Shown: piece after piece, positions 36,738 through 48,664 of the stretch
Numbering within the stretch: position 1 is the first letter of the stretch
How the letters are laid out: each line of letters begins with the position of its first letter
Assembly: GCF_934561735.1 (NCBI RefSeq)
Contig: NZ_CAKTGT010000007.1
Coordinates: 32,208 to 96,207 of the forward strand
Direction: 5' to 3'
Length of the DNA: 64,000 nt
DNA from: an uncultured Eubacterium sp.
GTDB taxonomy: Bacteria; Bacillota; Clostridia; Oscillospirales; Acutalibacteraceae
Notes under the pieces: generated by a model
What the model was told of the DNA's origin: nothing
Database searches by the model: none
Seen by the model: only the letters and a program-made list of their open reading frames with translations
Translations under genes and position numbers: made by a program

Positions 36738-37601
36738 ATGAAAATAGCGGTTTTTCCGAATATATATAATAAGGATGTCGGCAAGCTTACCGAACAAATA
36801 GTTGCCGTGCTTTTTGAACTCGGCTTTGAAGTTGAAGTTGCAAAATGTAATAAGGATATTGAAGATATTTCAAAGCCGCTTTTTGCCGAACAGCAGGAGC
36901 TTATCAAACGAAATGATGTTATGATAGCCGTAGGCGGTGACGGAACAACATTGAACATTGCAAAATCCGCCGCAGTTTATGACAAACTCACGCTCGGAAT
37001 AAACGCAGGCAGACTCGGCTTTATGAGCGGACTTGAACGAGATGAACTCGCTCTTTTAAAATGCCTTTCAACCGGTGAATACGAGGTTGAAGAGCGTATG
37101 ATGATAACCGCTGTCGTTACCGATAAAAACGGTGAACAAAAAGAATATCAATGCCTTAACGATGCCGTTATTTCAAGAGGTGATTTGGCAAGACTTATTG
37201 ATATTTCCGTTATGTGTGAGGGCAGGCTTGTGTCCGATAACAGAGCAGACGGTATGATTTTTTCTACTCCGACAGGTTCAACCGCTTATTCAATGGCGGC
37301 AGGCGGACCTGTTGTCAGTCCGGATAATTCTTGTGTTGTGGCAACTCCTATTTGTCCACATTCGCTAATAAACAGAAGTATTGTTTTTTCTCCGGATAAA
37401 ACTCTTGATATTTCCGTTGTAAACGACAGAAACAATAATGCGTATCTTTCTATTGACGGCAAGGAATCCATACCGGTTGACGAGGAAACAAAAATAACTA
37501 TTTCAAAATCACGGTATTCTGCAAAACTTATTAAGATTAAACCCGATAATTTTTACGAAATTCTCAATAAAAAATTGCTCGAAAGGAGAATTTTACCTTG
37601 A
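36738..37601 (+). CDS. nadK: NAD kinase
   Basis: GGDGT, GINAGRLGF, LNDAV, STPTGSTAYSMAAGGP. Confidence 0.95.
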   Translation: MKIAVFPNIYNKDVGKLTEQIVAVLFELGFEVEVAKCNKDIEDISKPLFAEQQELIKRNDVMIAVGGDGTTLNIAKSAAVYDKLTLGINAGRLGFMSGLERDELALLKCLSTGEYEVEERMMITAVVTDKNGEQKEYQCLNDAVISRGDLARLIDISVMCEGRLVSDNRADGMIFSTPTGSTAYSMAAGGPVVSPDNSCVVATPICPHSLINRSIVFSPDKTLDISVVNDRNNNAYLSIDGKESIPVDEETKITISKSRYSAKLIKIKPDNFYEILNKKLLERRILP

Positions 37602-38050
37602 AAAAAAGAAGACAGGCAAAAATTATAGAGCTTATTTCCCAAAATGATGTTGAAACACAGGAAGAACTTCAGGATATGCTCAACAGCTACGGCTTTGAGG
37701 TTACGCAGGCAACCATTTCCCGTGATATAAAAGAACTCAGACTTGTAAAGGATTTGTCACCTAAGGGCAGATATGTTTATTCAACCGGTAAAAAGAGCAT
37801 TGAAAATGTCAATCACAGAGCCGGCGGAATATTCAACGAAACCATCATAAGCATTGATTATGCACTTAACACCGTTGTAATTAAGTGTTTTCCGGGTATG
37901 GCAAATGCCGCTTGTGCCGCTATTGATTCCATGAATCTTGATGAAATTCTCGGCACAATCGCAGGTGACGATACTATCTTTATTCTTTGCAGAAGCGAGG
38001 AAACCGCTTCTTATTTTACAAATAAATTGAGGACTATGTTAAATGCTTAA
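37598..38050 (+). CDS. argR: Arginine repressor
   Basis: TQEEL, VTQATISRD, GTIAGDDT. Confidence 0.96.
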   Translation: MKKRRQAKIIELISQNDVETQEELQDMLNSYGFEVTQATISRDIKELRLVKDLSPKGRYVYSTGKKSIENVNHRAGGIFNETIISIDYALNTVVIKCFPGMANAACAAIDSMNLDEILGTIAGDDTIFILCRSEETASYFTNKLRTMLNA

Positions 38051-39713
38051 AACCTTGAGTATTGAAAATATAGCTGTTATAGAAAAAGCGGATATAGAGT
38101 TTTCAAAAGGCTTCAATGTCCTTACAGGTGAAACGGGTGCAGGTAAATCCATTGTTGTTGATTCGATTAATGCGATTTTGGGTGAACGCACTTCAAAGGA
38201 ACTTGTCCGTGCAGGCAGCGAAAACGCCTTTGTAACAGCGTATTTTGAAGATATAAACAGCGAAGTAAAACAAAAACTTAATGAATTTGACCTCCCGTGC
38301 GAAGATGACGGAACTCTTATGCTTTCAAGAAAAATCTCCGCACAGGGCAAATCGACTTGCAGAATTAACGGCAATGTTTGCACGGTGTCTATGCTTAAGG
38401 AGGTTGGCAATCTTCTTGTCAATATCCACGGTCAGCACGACAGTCAAACTCTCCTCAATGCCGATTATCACTACAAATTTGTTGATATGTACGGCTCTCT
38501 TGACGGCGTTCTTGATGAATATAAGCAGTCGTTCAGACAGCTTTTGTCCGTCAGAAAACAGTTAAAGGCTCTCACTATGGACGCAGACGAGCGTGACAGA
38601 CAGATTGAACTTCTTGATTATCAAATCAAGGAACTTACCGATGCCGAAATTAAGGTCGGCGAATGGGACGAGCTCAAAAAACGCAAAAATCTTATTTTGA
38701 ATTCGCAAAATCTTTTGCAGTCGCTCAATTCCGCTTTGGCGGCATTCAACGGCAGTGACGATTATTCCGGCATTTCAACCTTGCTTTCAACAGCTGTTAA
38801 GGAACTCGGTACGGTGTCGGATGTTGACAGCGATATAAAGGCTGTTTACGACAAGGCAGAGGCACTCAACGACAGCGTTGAAGTTGTAAAAGATGCCCTG
38901 CTTGATAAGATTAACAGCATTGAATTTGAACCTGAAGAACTTGACAGAATAGAAGAACGGCTCAATTTATATTATACTTTTTCAAATAAGTATGGCGAAA
39001 CCGAACAAGATATGCTATACTATCTTGATGAAGCTGTTAAAAAGCGTGCCGCATTTGAAAATTCGGAAGAAGAACTTGAAAAACTTAATGTTCGGTATGA
39101 CGAGATTTTTAATCAAACCGTTGCACTTGCACAAAAGCTTACCGATTTGAGAAAATCGACGGCTGAAAAGCTTGGAACGGAAATTTGCAAACAACTTGAA
39201 TTTTTGGATATGCCTAAAATCAAGTTTACAACTTCGTTTGAAAAGGGCAATTTGTCGGCTAACGGCTGGGATAAGATTGAATTCCTTATTGCAACCAATG
39301 TCGGCGAAACGGCAAAGCCCCTTGCAAAAATCGCTTCGGGCGGTGAACTTTCAAGAATTATGCTTGCTATCAAGAGTATTATTGCTCAAAAAGACAGCAT
39401 CGACACTCTGATTTTTGACGAGATTGATACAGGCGTCAGCGGTAAGGCAAGCAGAAAAATCGGCTTGAAACTAAAAGAACTCGGTGCATTCACACAGGTT
39501 ATTTGCGTCACTCATTCCGCACAGATTGCTTCTGTTGCCGACAGTCATTTTCTTATTGAAAAGAATGTTGAAAACGATAGGACATATACCAATGTCACCG
39601 TTCTTGATTATGACGGCAGAAAGAACGAACTTGCAAGAATTATGGGTGGTATAAATGCTACCGAATCATTGCTGAAATCAGCGGAGGAATTGCTTAATAA
39701 TTATGGGAATTAA
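38043..39713 (+). CDS. recN: DNA repair protein RecN
   Basis: TGETGAGKS, IHGQHD, ASGGELSR, FDEIDTG, CVTH. Confidence 0.97.
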   Translation: MLKTLSIENIAVIEKADIEFSKGFNVLTGETGAGKSIVVDSINAILGERTSKELVRAGSENAFVTAYFEDINSEVKQKLNEFDLPCEDDGTLMLSRKISAQGKSTCRINGNVCTVSMLKEVGNLLVNIHGQHDSQTLLNADYHYKFVDMYGSLDGVLDEYKQSFRQLLSVRKQLKALTMDADERDRQIELLDYQIKELTDAEIKVGEWDELKKRKNLILNSQNLLQSLNSALAAFNGSDDYSGISTLLSTAVKELGTVSDVDSDIKAVYDKAEALNDSVEVVKDALLDKINSIEFEPEELDRIEERLNLYYTFSNKYGETEQDMLYYLDEAVKKRAAFENSEEELEKLNVRYDEIFNQTVALAQKLTDLRKSTAEKLGTEICKQLEFLDMPKIKFTTSFEKGNLSANGWDKIEFLIATNVGETAKPLAKIASGGELSRIMLAIKSIIAQKDSIDTLIFDEIDTGVSGKASRKIGLKLKELGAFTQVICVTHSAQIASVADSHFLIEKNVENDRTYTNVTVLDYDGRKNELARIMGGINATESLLKSAEELLNNYGN

Positions 39714-39800
39714 TGTGGAGCAAAAGGTAAAAAACGGCACATGTGTTGTTTTGTCGGCTTGATTTATAATAGATAATTTTATTTTTTGGAGGATATATAA

Positions 39801-41024
39801 ATGGGAGTTTATGAAGAACTCGTTGAGCGTGGACTTATCGCTCAGGTAACAGATGAAGAACATATCAGAGAGCTTGTAAATAACGGTAAGGCAGTATTCT
39901 ATATCGGCTTTGACCCAACTGCCGATTCACTTCATGTCGGTCACTTTATGGCACTTACACTTATGAAGCGACTTCAGCAAGCAGGCAACAAGCCTATCGC
40001 TCTTATCGGTGGCGGTACTGCAATGATCGGTGACCCGTCAGGCAGAACCGATATGCGTCAAATGATGACAAAAGAAACTATCAATCACAACTGCGAGTGT
40101 TTCAAAAAGCAGATGTCAAGATTTATCGACTTCGGCGAGGGCAAGGCTATGATGGTTAACAATGCCGATTGGCTTCTTGACCTTAACTATATTGAGGTGC
40201 TTCGTGAGGTTGGTGCTTGCTTCAGCGTAAACAGAATGTTGAACGCAGAGTGCTACAAGCAAAGAATGGAAAAGGGACTTTCATTCCTTGAATTCAACTA
40301 TATGATTATGCAGTCATACGACTTCTATGCTTTGTACCAAAAGTACGGTTGTAATCTTCAATTCGGCGGTGACGACCAGTGGAGCAATATGATTGGCGGT
40401 ATGGAACTTATCCGCAGAAAGCTCGGCAAAGAAGCAAATGCTATGACTATCACACTTCTCACCAACTCCGAGGGTAAGAAGATGGGCAAAACTCAAAAGG
40501 GTGCTGTTTGGCTTGATGCGGAAAAAACAACTCCTTATGAGTTCTACCAGTATTGGAGAAATGTTGATGACGGAGATGTTATCAAGTGTATGAAACTTCT
40601 CACATTCATCCCTATGAGCGAGATTAACGAGTATGCAAAACTCGAGGGAGCAGAGCTTAACAAGGCAAAAGAAGTTCTTGCTTATTCTCTTACAGAACTT
40701 GTTCACGGCAAAGAAGAAGCAGACAAGGCTCAAGCAGCGGCAAAGGCTCTTTTTGCAGGCGGTTCAGATGACAGCAATATGCCGACAACAACTGTTGAAG
40801 ATGCAGATTTCGAGGACGGCAAAGTAACTGTTCTTTCTCTTATGATTAAGGCAGGTATGATTAAGTCAAACGGCGAGGGCAGACGCCTTATTCAGCAGGG
40901 CGGTATCAGCGTAAATGATGAAAAAATCACCGATGTTTTCACTGCTGTATCAAAGGACGGCATCGCAAACGGTATCGTTGTTAAGAAAGGCAAAAAAGTA
41001 TTCCACAAGTTCACACTTGCATAA
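39801..41024 (+). CDS. tyrS: Tyrosyl-tRNA synthetase
   Basis: [28 protein letters not shown]-terminal S4 domain. Confidence 0.97.
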   Translation: MGVYEELVERGLIAQVTDEEHIRELVNNGKAVFYIGFDPTADSLHVGHFMALTLMKRLQQAGNKPIALIGGGTAMIGDPSGRTDMRQMMTKETINHNCECFKKQMSRFIDFGEGKAMMVNNADWLLDLNYIEVLREVGACFSVNRMLNAECYKQRMEKGLSFLEFNYMIMQSYDFYALYQKYGCNLQFGGDDQWSNMIGGMELIRRKLGKEANAMTITLLTNSEGKKMGKTQKGAVWLDAEKTTPYEFYQYWRNVDDGDVIKCMKLLTFIPMSEINEYAKLEGAELNKAKEVLAYSLTELVHGKEEADKAQAAAKALFAGGSDDSNMPTTTVEDADFEDGKVTVLSLMIKAGMIKSNGEGRRLIQQGGISVNDEKITDVFTAVSKDGIANGIVVKKGKKVFHKFTLA

Positions 41025-41041
41025 TTCACAAGGAGTAAATT

Positions 41042-41518
41042 ATGACGGAACATGATTATAAATATACTATCTCTTTTGGCTTTAAGGACAATATTGTAGC
41101 TATTTTAGCCGCTTTGTTTTTTGACGGTCTTGCAATTTTTATGTATCTTAAAAATAACGGTGCGTTTATCGCAGTCGGTGCTTTAGGTTGTTTTGTTACC
41201 GTTGTATTACTTGTGAGCGTTTATAGAACATTATTTAACAAAATTTATATTTATGATAATTATTTTGTTCATGTTATGTCACCGTTTAAAAAGATAACTG
41301 TTAATGATTGTGAAGTTGAGGATGCTTGGATTCATCAAATGCATACTTCAAACGGTGTAAGCGGATATTACTTTAATTACCGAACAAGGGATGGAATTAA
41401 AGGAAAAATTATTGTTTCTCCCGTTAAATATGATTTTGCGGATTATTTGGTTGAAAGACTGAAAGGCAATGATGTTTCCGATTATGAAAAACATATCAAT
41501 GATGAATATGGATATTAA
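41042..41518 (+). CDS. Hypothetical membrane protein (2 TM plus beta-rich tail)
   Basis: Intact ORF with SD AAGGAG; AT-rich. Confidence 0.7.
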   Translation: MTEHDYKYTISFGFKDNIVAILAALFFDGLAIFMYLKNNGAFIAVGALGCFVTVVLLVSVYRTLFNKIYIYDNYFVHVMSPFKKITVNDCEVEDAWIHQMHTSNGVSGYYFNYRTRDGIKGKIIVSPVKYDFADYLVERLKGNDVSDYEKHINDEYGY

Positions 41519-41541
41519 TGTCTTATAAATATAATTTTTTT

Positions 41542-41575
41542 AAATACCATTTCAGAAATGAAGTGGTATTTTTTT
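41542..41575 (+). terminator. Terminator
   Basis: AAATACCATTTCA-gaaa-TGAAGTGGTATTT followed by a T run. Confidence 0.8.
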
Positions 41576-41587
41576 ATGCCGTGTAGG

Positions 41588-41616
41588 TTGATAAAATGTC
41601 CTTATAATGTTATAAT
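41588..41616 (+). promoter_or_regulatory. sigmaA-type promoter of the ligA operon
   Basis: TTGATA-17 bp-TATAAT with extended -10 TG. Confidence 0.7.
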
Positions 41617-41636
41617 AATTATAATTATTGCTTTAA

Positions 41637-43619
<1,983 letters not shown>

Positions 43620-43620
43620 T

Positions 43621-44457
43621 ATGAGAGAATTTAGAAAAAAGCAAAAAAGATTAAAAAAGATAATGAACTCCGTTGTTATTGTAACAGCCGTTTACCTTTT
43701 TGTTTATATCGGCGTTGAGCCCGTTTTGGCTAAATCACTCGGTGCAACGGTGACTATGATTGCCGCTTATTTGAGCGATATTCTTGTTGTTGCGAGTATG
43801 GCTGTTTTGTTCCTGTATTTTTCAAAATACGGCAAGAGCGATAAATTTCTTGAATCTGTTGAAAATGAATTGTCCGACACAGGATATTATTTCACCGCAA
43901 GGCAGGAAAAGGATATAGACAGTTATTACAACGCTGTTGTTGAGAATTTGCGACTCAATTCTTTTTCGGTTGACGAAAAGGTTGTTGTTGATGATTTTGA
44001 ATTCACCGCCCGTGCAACAAAGGGCAAGAGTATAATATATATTCTCAAAGAAGATGAAGTTGACAAATACGACTTGATTGCTTATCAAGAGTCGGCAATT
44101 TATGATTTAACATCAATCAACCTAAAACGCAAGGCGGATGTTGTTATGCTTTATATTTGCGACCGTGCCGATGACGGTGCCGTTTCGCTGTCAAAAATGA
44201 TTACTCCGCTCGGTAGAAAAGAGCAAATCAAGATTGCAAATGCCGTTGTTGAGGTTTCAACTTCACGCTGTTATTTCCTCGGAAATAAAGCAACAAAGTG
44301 TCAACAGTTGATTGCAAATTACGCTATGAATGTTGAAGTTCCTATCAAGGACGAATTCAAGGGCAAGGAGCAATTACCGTTTCAGGCAGAACTTGAAGAA
44401 CATATGAAAGAATTTAACATAAAAGACTTTAAAGCAGGAACATTTTATGCACATTGA
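43621..44457 (+). CDS. Hypothetical membrane protein (2 N-terminal TM)
   Basis: Intact 278-aa ORF filling the ligA-murD gap. Confidence 0.75.
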   Translation: MREFRKKQKRLKKIMNSVVIVTAVYLFVYIGVEPVLAKSLGATVTMIAAYLSDILVVASMAVLFLYFSKYGKSDKFLESVENELSDTGYYFTARQEKDIDSYYNAVVENLRLNSFSVDEKVVVDDFEFTARATKGKSIIYILKEDEVDKYDLIAYQESAIYDLTSINLKRKADVVMLYICDRADDGAVSLSKMITPLGRKEQIKIANAVVEVSTSRCYFLGNKATKCQQLIANYAMNVEVPIKDEFKGKEQLPFQAELEEHMKEFNIKDFKAGTFYAH

Positions 44458-44478
44458 TAATTTTAAGGAGGCGGTTTT

Positions 44479-45900
44479 ATGACACCGGCTGAAGAATATA
44501 TAAATTCAATAAAAGGCAAAAAAGTTGCATTTGTGGGTATGGGGGTTGCAAACACTCCGTGTGCCGAATTTTTGGCAAAAAACGGGATAGAAACCTATGC
44601 TTGCGATATGCGAGATAAAAAATATATCGGTGAGGATGTTTGCAAGCGTCTTGAAAGTTTGGGCGTTCATTTCTCTCTCGGAGAACATTATCTTGATGTT
44701 TTGCCGCAGATGGACATTGTTTTTCGTTCTCACGGAATTTTGCCGTTCCAAAATCCTTGGATTGGCGAATGTATCAAAAGAGGACAAACTGTCACAACAG
44801 AAATGGAAGTGTTTTTCAAATACTGCCCGTCAAAGATTTTTGCGGTGACAGGCTCAAACGGAAAAACTACCACAACAACACTCATTTCAAAAATGCTTGA
44901 AGCAGAGGGCTACAAGGTGTTCCTTGGCGGAAACATCGGCAAAGCTCTTATGCCGTGCCTTGACGAAATTACAAAAGACGATATAGCCGTTGTTGAGCTT
45001 TCATCGTTCCAGCTTCTTACAATGGGCAATATGAAAAACAAGCCCGATGTTGCGGTTGTGACAAATATTGAATGTACACACCAGGACCACCACATCAGCC
45101 TTGATGAATATGTTGATGCAAAGCGTAATGTCTTGATTTATCAAAACGCCTCGCAACGCACCGTGCTCAATGCGGATTGTGATTATTCAATCGGCAACAG
45201 CGTTTATCACGATATGAGATATGATGTAAGAGGACAGCTCTTTGAATTTTCAATCAAGCATCCTGTTGAAAACGGTGCTTATATGAACGAAAACGGCAAT
45301 ATTTATTATGCAGAAAACGGCAAAAAAACGCTTGTTATGAACAAGTCGGATATCATCATTCCGGGTATGCACAATCTTGAAAATTATTGCACTGCAATTT
45401 CTGCCGTTTGGGGAATGGTTGGTGTTGACACAATCAAAAATATTGCGCAGACCTTTGGCGGTGTTGAGCATAGAATCGAGTTTGTCAGAGAGTTTGACGG
45501 AGTAAAGTATTATAACGATTCTATCGCAACTTCACCAAGCCGTGTAATCAGCGGATTAAAGGCATTCGGTACAAAAATTATTGTCCTTATGGGCGGAAGC
45601 GACAAGGGAAATGATATGTCCGAAATGGTGCCGTATATCCTAAAATATGTTAAACTTCTTGTTCTCAACGGTGCAACCGCAGATAAGATTTACGACACGA
45701 TTGTTGTCGACCCGAATTATAAGGATAGCGGTATCGTAATTGAAAAAGTGCCTACTATGGCAGAGGCTCTTGAAGTTGCCAAGTCCAAGGCACAGCCGGG
45801 TGACATAGTTTCGCTTTGCCCAGCGTGTCCTGCTTTTGACCAGTTCAAAACATTTGAATACAGAGGCAGAGAATTTAAAAGATTGGTTAATGAGTTTTGA
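44479..45900 (+). CDS. murD: UDP-N-acetylmuramoyl-L-alanine--D-glutamate ligase
   Basis: AVTGSNGKTTTT, GGNIG, ELSSFQL, HRIEFV, YYNDS.AT, FEYRG..F. Confidence 0.95.
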   Translation: MTPAEEYINSIKGKKVAFVGMGVANTPCAEFLAKNGIETYACDMRDKKYIGEDVCKRLESLGVHFSLGEHYLDVLPQMDIVFRSHGILPFQNPWIGECIKRGQTVTTEMEVFFKYCPSKIFAVTGSNGKTTTTTLISKMLEAEGYKVFLGGNIGKALMPCLDEITKDDIAVVELSSFQLLTMGNMKNKPDVAVVTNIECTHQDHHISLDEYVDAKRNVLIYQNASQRTVLNADCDYSIGNSVYHDMRYDVRGQLFEFSIKHPVENGAYMNENGNIYYAENGKKTLVMNKSDIIIPGMHNLENYCTAISAVWGMVGVDTIKNIAQTFGGVEHRIEFVREFDGVKYYNDSIATSPSRVISGLKAFGTKIIVLMGGSDKGNDMSEMVPYILKYVKLLVLNGATADKIYDTIVVDPNYKDSGIVIEKVPTMAEALEVAKSKAQPGDIVSLCPACPAFDQFKTFEYRGREFKRLVNEF

Positions 45901-46918
45901 TATGAATACTACTGAACTATTGAAAAAACTGACATCGGCAGTCGGTGTCAGCGGTATGGAAAATAATGTGTCAACTTTGCTTGCCGATATGCTCAGGCAA
46001 TACGGTGAAGTTACGGTTGACGATATGAACAATGTTGTTTGCACCTTCGGCAACGGAAAACACTTTTTGCTTGATGCTCATCTTGACGAAATCGGATTTA
46101 TCGTTAAATCAATTACCGATGACGGCTTCATCAAGGTTGATGAATGCGGCGGAATTGATGAGCGTATGCTCCTTGCAAGCGAAGTTTCAGTGTGGGGCAA
46201 AAAAGAGGTTAGGGGCGTTATTTCAAACTTGCCTCCTCATCTTCAAAAATCAGGCGAGAAGAAACCGCCAAAGATTGACGAAATCGCAATTGATGTCGGT
46301 ATGACAAAGGCTGAAGCCGAGAAAATCATTTCTCTCGGCGACCGTGTAACATTCAAGCGTAATTTCAATGAACTTGTCGGCACACAGGTTTGCTCAAATG
46401 TTCTTGACGACCGAAGCGGTGTTGCTTCAATCTTGCTTGCGGTTGAAAAATTAAAGAATGTTGATGCAAAGATAACCGTTTGCTTTTCTTCACAGGAGGA
46501 AGTCGGCACAAGGGGTGCAAAGACCGTTGCTTACGGCAAAGAAGTTGACGAAGCGATTGTTGTTGATGTGTCTTTCGGCTACACTCCGATGTGCAAAAAG
46601 TCAGAATGCGGCGAAATCGGCAAGGGTGTTATGATTGGTGTTTCTCCGATTTTGGATAACGCTATGTCAAACAAAATGCAGGAGATTGCAAAAGCTAAGA
46701 ACATTCCTCATCAAATCGAGGTTATGGGCGGCGGTCACACAGGCACAAATGCCGATGTGATTACAATCAATCAGTGCGGAATAAAAACTTCGCTCCTTTC
46801 AATCCCTGAGAAATATATGCACTCACCGATTGAAATTGTTGATACAAAGGATGTTGAAGCAACAGCCGATTTGATTTGCGAATATATCAAGGAAAGTGTG
46901 GGTGATGTAAATGCTTAA
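45890..46918 (+). CDS. M42-family metallopeptidase
   Basis: AHLDEIG, LDDR.G, QEEVG, YMHS; start may be ATG 45902. Confidence 0.92.
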   Translation: MSFDMNTTELLKKLTSAVGVSGMENNVSTLLADMLRQYGEVTVDDMNNVVCTFGNGKHFLLDAHLDEIGFIVKSITDDGFIKVDECGGIDERMLLASEVSVWGKKEVRGVISNLPPHLQKSGEKKPPKIDEIAIDVGMTKAEAEKIISLGDRVTFKRNFNELVGTQVCSNVLDDRSGVASILLAVEKLKNVDAKITVCFSSQEEVGTRGAKTVAYGKEVDEAIVVDVSFGYTPMCKKSECGEIGKGVMIGVSPILDNAMSNKMQEIAKAKNIPHQIEVMGGGHTGTNADVITINQCGIKTSLLSIPEKYMHSPIEIVDTKDVEATADLICEYIKESVGDVNA

Positions 46919-47918
46919 GGATTTATGCCTCATTAACGGCACTTCGGGTGACGAGGGCAAGGTGCGAGATTATATTATCACTCAAATCAAAGATTATTGT
47001 GAATATTCGGTTGACAATATGGGTTCGATTATTGCGTATAAAAAGGGCAAAAAAGCACCTACGCAAAGGATTAGCATCAACGCCCATATGGACGAGGTCG
47101 GATTTATTGTAACAGGCATAACCGATGACGGCTATTTGCGTTTTACTTCTGTCGGCGGTATAGACAGCAGAGTTTGCCTTGACCGAATTGTTACAGTTGG
47201 CAAAAATGCTGTTAAAGGCGTAATCGGCGATAAGGCTTTTCATCTTCTTTCTTCCGATGAAAAGGGCAGCTGTCCGAGTTTTGATGATTTGCTTATCGAC
47301 ATCGGTGCAACTTCAAAAGACGAGGCAGAACAATATGTTTCACTCGGCGATTTTGCATATTTTGACTGCGATTATGTTGAACTCGGAAACGGATATATCA
47401 AGGCAAAGGCACTTGATGACCGTATAGGTTGTATGCTGATGATTGAACTTATAAAAAGCGAACTTGAATATGACACAGTATTTTGCTTCAATGTTCAGGA
47501 AGAAGTCGGACTTCGTGGCTCAAAATGCACTTCATATGCTGTTGATGCGGATATTGCGATTGTTCTCGAATCCACAACTGCGGCGGATTTGGACGGCGTA
47601 TCCGGTGCAAACAGAGTTTGTGTCCTCGGTGACGGTCCTGTAATTTCGTTTATGGACAATCGTACGATTTATGACCGAAAACTGTTTGAACTCGGCTTTG
47701 CCGTTGCAAAGGAAAACAATATTCCTGCTCAAACAAAAACAGCGGTTGCAGGCGGAAACGATGCAGGCGCAATTCAAACAAGCGGTGACGGAGCAAGAGT
47801 TATGGCAATTTCTCTCCCAACTCGCTATATTCACTCGGGTGCAAGCGTAGTTAAAGCGTCCGATATAGATGAAACAAGGAGATTACTAAAGGCGTTGCTA
47901 CCTAAATTGACCGATTAA
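46911..47918 (+). CDS. M42-family metallopeptidase
   Basis: AHMDEVG, KALDDRIG, QEEVGLRG, GGNDAG, RYIHS. Confidence 0.93.
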   Translation: MLKDLCLINGTSGDEGKVRDYIITQIKDYCEYSVDNMGSIIAYKKGKKAPTQRISINAHMDEVGFIVTGITDDGYLRFTSVGGIDSRVCLDRIVTVGKNAVKGVIGDKAFHLLSSDEKGSCPSFDDLLIDIGATSKDEAEQYVSLGDFAYFDCDYVELGNGYIKAKALDDRIGCMLMIELIKSELEYDTVFCFNVQEEVGLRGSKCTSYAVDADIAIVLESTTAADLDGVSGANRVCVLGDGPVISFMDNRTIYDRKLFELGFAVAKENNIPAQTKTAVAGGNDAGAIQTSGDGARVMAISLPTRYIHSGASVVKASDIDETRRLLKALLPKLTD

Positions 47919-47944
47919 TCGGATAGGTATGCCTTGATGGATTT

Positions 47945-48664
47945 ATGATAGAAATAATAGACTCAGCAGAACAATTTAACGAATGGACAAAGCGTGACAT
48001 CTACTCAATTAGGGTGTTGTCATTGCTTGAGTCCTATGGAACAAAATATCATTTTGCAACATTTTACCGTCAAATTATTGACGGCAAAATCACGGCAATT
48101 CTCTCACGGCTTGACAACGACATAACCCTTGCACTCGATGATGGCTTTGATAATGCGGAATTTGTAAGATTTTTTTGTATAACGGGGCACGGTGCAATTC
48201 TTTGCGATCCTGCTTTTGAATTCGGTGCAAAATATGATGAAGGCGTAATTATGTCGTGTGAGCACAAGCTGGAAAGCGTTGTTCACGGAGCAGAAATTGA
48301 TGAATATCCAAAACTTATGGACCTTTTCAATTTTGTGGATTATGACGGTCAGGATTTCAAGGCTTGGTATGTTGATATAAGTCACAGAGTAAGGCATAAT
48401 ACCGCTAAAGCATATACTTTAAACTTTGACGGAAATATCATTTCAAGCGGTATTTTGTCATCAATTTATGACGGCTACGGTGTGCTTACAGCCGTAAGAA
48501 CAGCAGATGAGTTCAGGCGTATGGGATATGGCGGACATCTTGTGTCTTATATTTGCTCGGATGTCAAAAACACCGTATATATAATGCGTGAAAAGGACAT
48601 TAACGAGCATTTTTACACCGAACTCGGATTTGAAAATACAGGTATATGGAGAATGTACAGATGA
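47945..48664 (+). CDS. Protein with a C-terminal GNAT acetyltransferase-like domain
   Basis: V.T..EFRRMGYG and FY..LGF motifs. Confidence 0.75.
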   Translation: MIEIIDSAEQFNEWTKRDIYSIRVLSLLESYGTKYHFATFYRQIIDGKITAILSRLDNDITLALDDGFDNAEFVRFFCITGHGAILCDPAFEFGAKYDEGVIMSCEHKLESVVHGAEIDEYPKLMDLFNFVDYDGQDFKAWYVDISHRVRHNTAKAYTLNFDGNIISSGILSSIYDGYGVLTAVRTADEFRRMGYGGHLVSYICSDVKNTVYIMREKDINEHFYTELGFENTGIWRMYR

